Origin: an uncultured Methanoregula sp.
GTDB taxonomy: Archaea > Halobacteriota > Methanomicrobia > Methanomicrobiales > Methanospirillaceae
Assembly (NCBI GenBank): GCA_964626125.1
Contig: CAZVFG010000001.1
Coordinates: forward strand, 1-54,492
DNA: 54,492 nucleotides
Reading direction: 5' to 3'
The notes beneath the pieces were generated by a model. It was given only the letters and a program-made list of their open reading frames with translations. It was not told where the DNA came from and did not search any database. A program made the position numbers and the translations under genes. Shown here one piece after another: positions 1-8,672 of this stretch (its first letter is position 1; the number at the start of each line of letters is the position of its first letter).

Positions 1-248
1 TCATCGGAGATTCCGTGTTGCCGGTGGTCCACCATTTCATGGAAGAACACCTTGCCGGCACCATGCACAATCCTGCACAGGCAGCACCGTTCATCCCCTG
101 CTCTGATATAATAATACGATGACCCAATCAGACATTTGCGATAGTTCTGCAACTGTTCTAAGATGAGCTCGTATTCAGGTTCCGATTCATCCGGCATTAT
201 GTACCGCGGTAACGGGTCCACACCGGAAATTTTTTTTACTTTCGGCAT
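1..248 (-). CDS. hypothetical protein, N-terminal part only (gene runs off the left edge)
   Basis: ATG at 248-246 opens a frame to position 1: MPKVKKISGVDPLPRYIMPDESEPEYELILEQLQNYRKCLIGSSYYYIRAGDERCCLCRIVHGAGKVFFHEMVDHRQHGISD. It is absent from the ORF track because it has no stop. No family recognised. Divergent from the 432-1580 gene. Confidence 0.5.
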   Translation of the reverse strand, partial: MPKVKKISGVDPLPRYIMPDESEPEYELILEQLQNYRKCLIGSSYYYIRAGDERCCLCRIVHGAGKVFFHEMVDHRQHGISD

Positions 249-431
249 TTCTCAATCCCCCTTTCTCTTCTTTTCCCTACCCGACCCATGCGTGATGTTG
301 GCATGGCTCAGGTACGAAGGAAATGTACTTCCTCACTATTTAAATATTTTGAGTAAATAAAATTTAAAATCTAATTCTATTACAAAAAGCAGATTGTTAT
401 CTACTTTGCAGACAGACATTTCCTATTAGTT

Positions 432-1580
432 ATGATTCCGTGGCTCAACAGCAATTTTAAGAATTTCAAACCGACAGCTGCAATCGCAATCAACGCCACC
501 CGACATATGAACCGGCTTGAACGAAAGAAATTGTTCTCTCCGGATATCGAACCGATGCGAACCGCTGAGGGACGTTGGTTTGAAGCAATAATTTATGAGA
601 TGTTCCTGGAAATCTCACAGAAATCAGACAGGATAAAATTCCTTGCGCGTAAAGGGGCAGATGCTCCAAAACAACAGAAGCTTGCCCAGCTTGGGCAAAA
701 TGGAATTTTCTATTCAAAGAACGGGGACATCGTTATCAGGGGCAATGGACAGGATCTGGCTGAGTTTGACCTCCTGCTTGTTACCAGCGACAATGAAGTT
801 GCATTTGCCGAAGTTGTCACATCACCATCAGATCTCAAGGAATTTGAACAGGAGATCCAGTTCAAGAAGACCCTTCTGGGCTATCTCTACAACCAGAAAA
901 TTGTACCATTTCTCCTCATTTCATCTTTTGACATATCCGGTTATTCTGTTGTACGCCGGCTTGCAAAGGCAAAAGAAAATTCAATTATCTTCACCAGCTC
1001 CTGCGAACAGATCAAGAAACTCGTTAAGCATTACCGTCCCCGAATTCTGTACACAAAACCTGGAAACCACCCGAAACTGGTGCTCGCCACAGATTTAAAG
1101 TTCAAAAAACCGTTCGATTATCATAGATTCCATGAAAACGTAAAAAGTCAGGTTTTTTCACGCATTACCTATAAAGGTCCTGAGCAAAAACAGCAATCCG
1201 CATCCAGCACTGATGAGCTCGTAAAGAAAATATTATATGGGGCTCTTTTCCCGCAAGCCATCAAGGCAGTGTCTGAATCCTATGGATTGTCGGTGAAGGG
1301 GAACCGGATCGAATTTTCCGATTTCTCAAGATTCTATTCAAAGGCGATCATTGCTACCGATCTTCCTGGATACGACCTGATTATCTATCTGCGTTCCCGT
1401 CAGAAAAAAGAATATCTTAAGATGGTGCAGGTAAAAGACGGGCACTTCAAGTACGAACGCCCAACTCCGGCTAAGGTCGGATTCTTTCTCTGGCTTGAAT
1501 CACTCCAGCCAACACTCGGTACACGGATCACCCTTTCCATCCTCGACGCATTTACTAAAAAGGAGCAGAAATCGAAATAA
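432..1580 (+). CDS. hypothetical protein; N-terminal half resembles a PD-(D/E)xK nuclease core, C-terminal half unknown
   Basis: 382-aa ORF, clearly lower GC than its neighbours by eye. It has a helix with acidic residues (GRWFEAIIYEMF, aa 47-58), then EFDLLLV (D113) and AFAEVVTS (E127). No family name recognised. Confidence 0.6.
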   Translation: MIPWLNSNFKNFKPTAAIAINATRHMNRLERKKLFSPDIEPMRTAEGRWFEAIIYEMFLEISQKSDRIKFLARKGADAPKQQKLAQLGQNGIFYSKNGDIVIRGNGQDLAEFDLLLVTSDNEVAFAEVVTSPSDLKEFEQEIQFKKTLLGYLYNQKIVPFLLISSFDISGYSVVRRLAKAKENSIIFTSSCEQIKKLVKHYRPRILYTKPGNHPKLVLATDLKFKKPFDYHRFHENVKSQVFSRITYKGPEQKQQSASSTDELVKKILYGALFPQAIKAVSESYGLSVKGNRIEFSDFSRFYSKAIIATDLPGYDLIIYLRSRQKKEYLKMVQVKDGHFKYERPTPAKVGFFLWLESLQPTLGTRITLSILDAFTKKEQKSK

Positions 1581-1762
1581 TCGTTTTTCCCTTTCTGAAC
1601 CATCGTACAGATTGAGAAAATACCGTTCCTCAACAGCACTGGAACCCAAACCATGAAGAAAAACCTCATGGCCCTTTTACAAGAGAAAAATTCAATTTGA
1701 ATTTGCAGAGAAAATAAATAACCGGAACTATGTCCCGGTGGAAAAATTATCCAATTTTTAGG

Positions 1763-3352
1763 TCAATCGAGCAATGCACCCATTGCTTCGTCATAGCGTG
1801 CTGCCATGACGTACTCGATACCGGATACTGCTGCTGCATCTTCCGTCAGTGCCATAAGGTCATCGCGGGTTATGGTTGAAAGCCTGAAATTTCTGTTGCC
1901 TGCCATGATCTGCTGGAGCCCGGTCCTGAACTTCTGCGTATAGGTGTAGATACCGACCGCGCCCATCGGGATCTCCTTTATCCGGGAGCCGTACTTTTCT
2001 TTCAGCTCCTCATAGCAGACAAAGATCTCCTCAATGTTGTTGCCATACTTTGACACAGTCTTGGGAAGGTCACCATCCTTGATCCACTTCTCGATGTTCT
2101 TGCCCACCATGCCGGGAATCATGAGCCCCCTGCCCATACAGACCGCTTTGAAGTACGGGCTGCCCATTGAGAGTGCCTTGAAGACACCGGGTTCGTCGGA
2201 GAACCCGCCTGCCATCGCAAGGTCAGGTATACGCATACCTTTTTTGGCAAGTTTCTCAGCAAAGTCGTACGCAAGCGCCTGCAGGTAGAATGTCGGAATG
2301 CCCCATTCGTTCATCATCGGCCATGGGCTCATGCCGGTACCGCCAGGTGCCCCGTCAATAGTGAGAAGATCAATTTTTGCTTCCGAACTGTAGCGTATTG
2401 CCATTGCGAGCTCGACCATGGAGTACGCACCGGTTTTCAGGGTAATCCGCTTGAAGCCGACATTACGGAGCCGGTCGATCTCCTCTAAAAATCCTTCCTT
2501 TGTGACAAAACCGAGCCGGGAGTGCCGCTCAAACTCTTTGATTGCACCTGCTTTGAATGCGGCCTGGTTCTCTTTTACCGTTGGATCGGGAAGGACAATA
2601 TAGCCGCGCTTCTTGAGCTCAATTGCACGTTCCAGCGAACGTACCTTGATCTCTCCACCAATACATTTTGCACCCTGTCCCCACTTCAGCTCGATTGTAT
2701 CCAGATTGTGTTTGGATGCGACATATTCCGCGGTTCCAAGCCGGGTGTCCTCTACATTCATCTGAACAAGAATTTCTCCATAGCCCTCATGGAATTTTTT
2801 GAAAACGTCAATGCGGCGATCCATTTCCGGTGACTTTTTCACTTTACCTTTGCTGTCGCGCTCGAGTTGCGGGTCTACACCACAGACATTCTCACCGCAT
2901 ACACAGGTGATTCCCGAGATCGCTGCTCCGATCGCAAAATGTTCCCAATTGATCCGGGCAATATCGGTTGAACCCAGTGCACCCGTAAAGATCGGCACAC
3001 GCATCTTCACCTTCTTGCTCCACCCGTATTCGGTCTCGGTGTTCACGGTTGAGAAGACCGCTGTGTCCGGGCCGATATCGGTGCCTTCGGGAAGCCCCTT
3101 TGCCCCCACTGCGTACCCCTGAATGTTCAGGTGCGAGTAGTCAATCGGGTAGTTCTTGTCAGCACCTGCGGTGATCTCACCGAACGGACCGGGATATAGT
3201 ACCTCCCTGCCCCTGAACGATGAGAGCCATATCTCGCAGCTGCCTTTGCATCCGTCAATGCAACGGGTACAGATACCGGACATCGGAACAACGTCCCTCG
3301 ACCGGTTCACCGTTCCTGTTGCCTCATTAGCATTAGGCTGTCGAAGATTCAT
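1763..3352 (-). CDS. archaeal glutamate synthase large-subunit-like protein (FMN-binding GltB domain 2) with N-terminal Cys cluster
   Basis: Contains CTRCIDGCKGSCEIW and the typical GltB central-domain stretches (IELKWGQGAKCIGGEIK, IDGAPGGTGMSPW). ATG at 3352 is preceded by GGAG; the upstream TTG at 3364 is less likely. Confidence 0.85.
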   Translation of the reverse strand: MNLRQPNANEATGTVNRSRDVVPMSGICTRCIDGCKGSCEIWLSSFRGREVLYPGPFGEITAGADKNYPIDYSHLNIQGYAVGAKGLPEGTDIGPDTAVFSTVNTETEYGWSKKVKMRVPIFTGALGSTDIARINWEHFAIGAAISGITCVCGENVCGVDPQLERDSKGKVKKSPEMDRRIDVFKKFHEGYGEILVQMNVEDTRLGTAEYVASKHNLDTIELKWGQGAKCIGGEIKVRSLERAIELKKRGYIVLPDPTVKENQAAFKAGAIKEFERHSRLGFVTKEGFLEEIDRLRNVGFKRITLKTGAYSMVELAMAIRYSSEAKIDLLTIDGAPGGTGMSPWPMMNEWGIPTFYLQALAYDFAEKLAKKGMRIPDLAMAGGFSDEPGVFKALSMGSPYFKAVCMGRGLMIPGMVGKNIEKWIKDGDLPKTVSKYGNNIEEIFVCYEELKEKYGSRIKEIPMGAVGIYTYTQKFRTGLQQIMAGNRNFRLSTITRDDLMALTEDAAAVSGIEYVMAARYDEAMGALLD

Positions 3353-3577
3353 AATCAACTCCAATAAGATTTTTAGACTCGTTCAAGTAATTGAACATTA
3401 GTCTGAGCGACACAAAGCTCAAACGGAATAGTTTTAATTTATGTTCGTTAATAAGCGCTTGCTTTCCACCATATCTTAAACATTTCGCTTTTTTTGATCG
3501 AACAAATAAAAAATTGGAAAAAATTCCTGAAATTTTTAAAAAAATGTACTATTTTATCCAATTTTTTATCCATATAT

Positions 3578-4684
3578 TCAGATTGTGATCAGCTCATAAC
3601 GGCTATTACCCATTCCGAGTTCTTCAGCATAACGGATCTGCTGGTAGCCGTCAGTCTCCTCCCATGTCCCGCTGAATTTGTCCTGCCCTTTTTTATAATG
3701 CATATGAAGGAGCGAATCTGAAAAACCGGACTGGTCATTGACAAGGTCAAACGATGCAGAATCGATTGCTACCGGATCCGTCGATGCAAGGATGCCGATA
3801 TCCGGCACAATCGGAGCGTCGCTCCAGGGCACACAGTCACAGTCAGGCGTAATCCGGGTGAGAAAATTGAAATAACCAACCCTCTTCTCCTTTCCCTTGA
3901 CGGCCCCGGAAGCATATTCTACAAGTCGTTCGATAAATTTCGGGATCTCAGTTACCCAGTCAATATCTATTGCACGCTCATCGCACACGGTCATGCATTC
4001 AAAACAGCCGATACAAACAGAGCGGTTGATGGCGGATTTCTTTTTTACAATTTTTATTGCAGACTTTGGGCAGACCGCTGCACACTTCCCACATCCGATA
4101 CATCGCTCTCCAATGGTATATGGATGAGCCTGGTGCTGGTCCTTTTTCCCTTCCGGAGGTGCACACCCCATGGCGAGATTTTTGATCGCACCGCCAAAAC
4201 CGGAGACGATATGTGCTTTGAAATGTGTCATGACGATCATGCTGTCTGCGGAGACAATGTCACCTGCAATCGTCACGCGTTTGAAGTGTTTCTTTTTTAT
4301 TGTGACGTTAGCAAGATTTTTTCCACACAGTCCGTCCGCAATGATGATTGGCGCCCCGACTACCGCATAATCAAATCCATGGAGAATCGCTGTCGTAATA
4401 TGGTCAACTGCATTCGACCTGCTCCCTTGATACAGCGTATTTGTGTCGGTGAGGAAAGGCAGCGCCCCACACCCCTTTACCTTTTCGACAACCTGCCGGA
4501 CAAAGACAGGGTTGATGTAAGAGTCGTTGCCAAGCTCCCCGAAGTGCAGTTTGATCGCGGTGCGATCCCGTTTGGCGATTATTGCGCCAAAACCCGCATG
4601 ATCAAAGAGCTTTTTAACCTTGGCTACAGTGCTCGTTTTCTCGTCCCGTGCCCGCAGACTGGCGAAATAAACTGGACTGCTCAT
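3578..4684 (-). CDS. DUF362 domain protein with inserted 2x[4Fe-4S] ferredoxin motif
   Basis: The N-terminus MSSPVYFASLRAR is typical of DUF362. Two CxxCxxCxxxCP motifs are present (CIGCGKCAAVCP, CIGCFECMTVC). ATG 4684 is preferred over GTG 4714. Confidence 0.8.
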   Translation of the reverse strand: MSSPVYFASLRARDEKTSTVAKVKKLFDHAGFGAIIAKRDRTAIKLHFGELGNDSYINPVFVRQVVEKVKGCGALPFLTDTNTLYQGSRSNAVDHITTAILHGFDYAVVGAPIIIADGLCGKNLANVTIKKKHFKRVTIAGDIVSADSMIVMTHFKAHIVSGFGGAIKNLAMGCAPPEGKKDQHQAHPYTIGERCIGCGKCAAVCPKSAIKIVKKKSAINRSVCIGCFECMTVCDERAIDIDWVTEIPKFIERLVEYASGAVKGKEKRVGYFNFLTRITPDCDCVPWSDAPIVPDIGILASTDPVAIDSASFDLVNDQSGFSDSLLHMHYKKGQDKFSGTWEETDGYQQIRYAEELGMGNSRYELITI

Positions 4685-4801
4685 CAGAACAACCCCTGAT
4701 GCGATCGTTATCACTCTTGATATCTATCCCCTCGCTGGTATAAATGAGTGGGATCCTGTAAATAATACGATAATGAGAGGGTATTTGAGAACCGGACAAA
4801 A

Positions 4802-6196
4802 TTATTTTAGATATTCATCCCGCTTCCGTGAGATCTGCCGGTCCTTCTTCCAGATTCTGACATCCCGCGCACGATTAAAATAAACCATTGATTCTTCTGC
4901 TCTGCCCATCTCATTCATGCATACCCCGATGTGGTTCCATACACTTGCGTTGTTAGCAGATTTTTCTGCAACCATGTGAAAAGTCTGGAGTGCAGCATCG
5001 AGATACTTGGTATCCTTCTGGAGGATCCCAATTTTTTCCAGAGTCTCACCCAGATCATAAAGTACTTCCACATCGTCAGGTGCAAGTTCTACTGCCCGAA
5101 GAAAGGATTTGAGACCTTCTTCAAATTCACCCAGCTCTCGGTAACAGATACCACGGTCGTTCCAGACATAAGAGAGATTGCTGTCAATCTCCAGCGCTTT
5201 GTCGAATGCCGCAATTGCCTCGCGGCATTTCCCCCCGCGCCAGTACAACAAAACCCCCTCTTTATAGTAGGAAGTTGCCCTGCCAAGGATCCGGTCAAGT
5301 ATTCCTGCACTTCCTTTTCCGTGAGTACTCTCAACCGGAACGTCCTGAGCTGGCGCCACAACCTCAGACTTTTCATCGGGAAGAGGTACATCCTTTACCG
5401 TTGCTGTGATATCCTTTACCGACGTAACAGATGCGATAAAATTACCCCGGCTGTCATAAAATGGCATTGCCTTCATCCAGAGCGTCCATGGCCTGCCATC
5501 TGCCTTCCTGCCTTTGGTAACACCGATGACCAGCCCGTTCTTCTCCCTGCTGATAAGTAAATATTTGTTCTTCTGAATATCATCGTCCTTCTCAAAGACC
5601 AGATCAATCAGCATCCTCTGCTTTTTACCAAAGAATGGCTCGGCATAGGCAAAGCTTCCTTTTTTTAACATAGATGATGCCGGAATGCTTGTAAGCTGTT
5701 CCATCGCTTCGTTCCAGGCAATTACCTTACCTTCCCGGTCAATCGCAAAGCTTGGGTCTGAAGAAAAATTGAGCGTATTGATGAGGATCGTCTGCGAAGT
5801 CCCAATAGAACGCCAGGCGATACGTCCATCCACCACCTGGTAAATCCGATCCACAATCGTGTGCATCTCTTGATCGGGACGCTCCCCCTTTTTAATAAAG
5901 AAGTCAGCACCATTGTTGAGAGCTTCGATTGCTGCGTTCTCCCCACCGACTCCGGTAAAGATGATCACTGGGGTTGTATCTCCTTTGGAGCGGAGACTCT
6001 TAAGAAATGCAATCCCGTCAATCTCCGGGAGGTCATAATCGAGGATAATCGCATCAAATTTATTCGCAGAAAGAATACTGAGCCCCTCATGGGCAGTGCG
6101 GGCAGTGCGGGTCTGAATTTTACCGATTCGTGAAAAATATTCTCGCATCACTTCAAGGAGGGCAGGTTCATTATCAACAACAAGAACGGAGAGCAT
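4802..6196 (-). CDS. response regulator receiver (REC) - PAS - TPR protein
   Basis: REC motifs are present (VLVVDNE, DAIILDYDLPEIDG, PVIIFTG). A PAS-like middle region follows (FAIDREGKVIAWNEAMEQLT), then C-terminal TPR repeats. No DNA-binding or enzymatic output domain is seen. Confidence 0.85.
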   Translation of the reverse strand: MLSVLVVDNEPALLEVMREYFSRIGKIQTRTARTAHEGLSILSANKFDAIILDYDLPEIDGIAFLKSLRSKGDTTPVIIFTGVGGENAAIEALNNGADFFIKKGERPDQEMHTIVDRIYQVVDGRIAWRSIGTSQTILINTLNFSSDPSFAIDREGKVIAWNEAMEQLTSIPASSMLKKGSFAYAEPFFGKKQRMLIDLVFEKDDDIQKNKYLLISREKNGLVIGVTKGRKADGRPWTLWMKAMPFYDSRGNFIASVTSVKDITATVKDVPLPDEKSEVVAPAQDVPVESTHGKGSAGILDRILGRATSYYKEGVLLYWRGGKCREAIAAFDKALEIDSNLSYVWNDRGICYRELGEFEEGLKSFLRAVELAPDDVEVLYDLGETLEKIGILQKDTKYLDAALQTFHMVAEKSANNASVWNHIGVCMNEMGRAEESMVYFNRARDVRIWKKDRQISRKRDEYLK

Positions 6197-6369
6197 GCAA
6201 CTGGTTCCTTACAGGAGCGCGGGATGTTATTGTTATGTAACCGCGGGAATCCCGGTTTCTTTTATCAGTGGTAAATATTGCGTTATTGTATTATTTTATT
6301 GTTGACCCCAACAAAATTGATTATTCAATATGACAGTCAAAAACAACCTGCATTGCTGTTTTGGTACCA

Positions 6370-7755
6370 TCAGTGGATAGTTTCACGTCTGCGTTGAAAC
6401 ATTCGGTCCTTCTTTGCCCTGATGATTGCGTGTGCCCGCTCAAATGCCTGCCGGGATTCCTCGTCTTTTCCTATTTCCTTGATACAGATACCAAGATGGT
6501 TCCAGGCATTTGCATTGTTTTGGTTGATTTCCGTCACTAGTGCAAAATTCCGGATAGCATTTTCAAGGGTCTTATTGTCGCGGCGCATGATTCCGATTAA
6601 TTCGAGAACCTCACCATAATCGTACACATACTCCTCATCACGGGGTACGAGTTCGACAGCGCGCTCGAAGCTCTTCTGCGCTTCTTCTAATTTGCCCATT
6701 TCCTTAAAACAGAGACCCCGGTCATTCCAGACATAAGCCAGACTTGGATCGATCTCGATTGCACGGTCAAAGAACTGGATCCCCTCTTCATACTTACCTT
6801 CACGGTAATAGAGCCGGACACCTTGCTTATAGGCAGACTTTGCTTTTCCCGTGATCCGATCAAAGATCCCCCCCTGCATGGGCATCTTTTCCTCAATAGC
6901 GGGTTTGGGAGCGGGGACTCCGGCGGGTTGATATGGGACCCCCTTAAGGGTCGCCCCTGCCAGATCCGTGATGTCGCGCACCGAGCCCACCGCCCCGATA
7001 AATCCTCCTTTGCCGTCATAGAGCGGTTTTGCCCTCATCCAGAACATAAGTTCTCTCCCATCCGGCTTCGTTGCTTTTATCCAGGCAGTGACCGCTCCCT
7101 TTTCCCGGCTGATGAGGGTGTAATTATGTGCAGCAAGTTCTGTATCCGGCACAAGGACAAGGTCGATGAGCATCGGCACCTTCGTTCCAAGGAACGGCAT
7201 CGCGTATTCATAACCCCCCTTGCCAACCATCACTTCGGAGGCAACCCCACTTAATTCCTCCATTGGACCGTTCCAAGCGACCACCGTACCCTCTCGGTCG
7301 ATCGCAAAAATTGGCTCCGGGGAAAAACTAATCACATCGGATATGACCCGCTGCGATGTGCCCACCGATCTGCCGACTGACCTTCGGTCTATAGCCTGCT
7401 GGATCATATGAGCAAGCTCACGGAACTGCGTTTTCGGATCATCCCCTTTTTTTAAAAAAAAGTCCGCTCCATTGTTGATCGCTTCAATCACCGAATTCTC
7501 GCGCCCAACACCGGTGAATATGATGATTGGTGTTGTATCACCCTTTGCACGGAGGATTTTTAAAAAATCAATACCGGTGAGTTCGGGCATAAAGCAATCG
7601 AGGACGATTGCATCGTACTCTTTCCTGGTAACAATACCCAGAGCTTCTTTTGTTGAATGGGATGTTTCAACCTGCATGTCACCGAAGCGTTCCAGAAAGT
7701 GCCGGACGAGGTTGAGGATTTCAGGTTCATCGTCAATGACAAGGACAGAGAGCAT
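6370..7755 (-). CDS. response regulator receiver (REC) - PAS - TPR protein, tandem paralog of 4802-6196
   Basis: Same architecture as 4802-6196 and collinear similarity along the whole length (MLSVLVIDDEPE, FAIDREGTVVAWNGPMEELS, TPR tail). Confidence 0.85.
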   Translation of the reverse strand: MLSVLVIDDEPEILNLVRHFLERFGDMQVETSHSTKEALGIVTRKEYDAIVLDCFMPELTGIDFLKILRAKGDTTPIIIFTGVGRENSVIEAINNGADFFLKKGDDPKTQFRELAHMIQQAIDRRSVGRSVGTSQRVISDVISFSPEPIFAIDREGTVVAWNGPMEELSGVASEVMVGKGGYEYAMPFLGTKVPMLIDLVLVPDTELAAHNYTLISREKGAVTAWIKATKPDGRELMFWMRAKPLYDGKGGFIGAVGSVRDITDLAGATLKGVPYQPAGVPAPKPAIEEKMPMQGGIFDRITGKAKSAYKQGVRLYYREGKYEEGIQFFDRAIEIDPSLAYVWNDRGLCFKEMGKLEEAQKSFERAVELVPRDEEYVYDYGEVLELIGIMRRDNKTLENAIRNFALVTEINQNNANAWNHLGICIKEIGKDEESRQAFERAHAIIRAKKDRMFQRRRETIH

Positions 7756-7811
7756 GGGATTACCCGTAGTGGTACATTACCTTCGACCCATGATAAAAAA
7801 AGATCCGGGGG

Positions 7812-8300
7812 TTATGCCCGTTTCCCAAGGTCGTTGTCAAGACAGAAAAGGTGCCCGGGAATATCGCCAATGGACTTGATTTTTCCGAGAATTTCGCTTG
7901 CATGCTCCTCTTCTTCCACCTGCTCTTTCACAAACCACTGGAGCATCTCGAATGTCGCATGGTCCCTCTCTTTCATCGCGAGCTCGACGAGCGTATTGAT
8001 CATTCCCGTCACCTTCTGCTCGTGGGCATAGACCTCTTCAAAGACCTTCCCGGCTGAGGTCCATTTTGCTTTGGGCGCTTCGATGGCGATCAGGTTCACT
8101 TTACCACCACGGGCGATCACGTAGTCATAGAATTTGATGGCATGAGCCTGCTCTTCCTTTGCCTGAATGCGCATCCACTTGGCAAATCCCTTCATGGAGG
8201 CAGTTTCAAAATACGCAGACATTGCGAGGTAGAGATACGCAGAATACAACTCACGGTTGATCTGCTTGTTGAGTGCTTCTTCAACAGCCTTGCTTAACAT
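7812..8300 (-). CDS. ftn: ferritin (non-heme, Ftn-type)
   Basis: Ferritin di-iron motifs are present: NRELYSAYLYLAMSAYF, EEQAHAIKFYDY, EMLQWFVKEQVEEE. ATG 8300 has GGAGG 5 nt upstream. Confidence 0.9.
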   Translation of the reverse strand: MLSKAVEEALNKQINRELYSAYLYLAMSAYFETASMKGFAKWMRIQAKEEQAHAIKFYDYVIARGGKVNLIAIEAPKAKWTSAGKVFEEVYAHEQKVTGMINTLVELAMKERDHATFEMLQWFVKEQVEEEEHASEILGKIKSIGDIPGHLFCLDNDLGKRA

Positions 8301-8393
8301 GTTTTCCTCCAAAAACTAACGAGATGTTATTTTGTTCTCTCTTAATGGTTTCGAACAGAGCAGAAAAATACCGGATTTTAGTGTATTTCCAAT

Positions 8394-8419
8394 TTGAAGG
8401 TGAAAAAATCACCCTTCAA
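8394..8419. repeat. near-perfect inverted repeat TTGAAGGTGA-N5-TCACCCTTCAA between the copA-TRASH operon end and the ferritin start
   Basis: Read directly from the sequence: 10/11-nt arms. It lies about 80-105 nt upstream of the ferritin ATG and about 100 nt downstream of the TRASH gene stop on the minus strand. Confidence 0.6.
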
Positions 8420-8519
8420 TCATTTCCAGAACAGTATTCCCTTACCCTTCTACCGTGCCTGGTCAAGTGCTTAGAAAATCCAAAAATCTGAAAAGAATGA
8501 TCTTGAGGGTATCTGCTGC

Positions 8520-8660
8520 TTAGACAAACTTTTCGGGATCAGAATCAAATTTCTTCTTGCAGCCCGGCGCACAGAAGTAATATTTCCTGCCCTTATAATC
8601 GCTTGTGAATTTTGCGGTCTTTTCGTCCACGGTCATCTTACAGATCGGGTCAATTGCCAT
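8520..8660 (-). CDS. YHS/TRASH-domain small copper-binding protein (CopM-like metallochaperone), 46 aa
   Basis: Hand-translated: MAIDPICKMTVDEKTAKFTSDYKGRKYYFCAPGCKKKFDSDPEKFV. This shows the classic C-x19-22-C-x3-C TRASH/YHS pattern. It starts 12 nt downstream of the copA stop and is below the ORF-track size cutoff. Confidence 0.85.
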   Translation of the reverse strand: MAIDPICKMTVDEKTAKFTSDYKGRKYYFCAPGCKKKFDSDPEKFV

Positions 8661-8672
8661 ATCGCACCTCAA

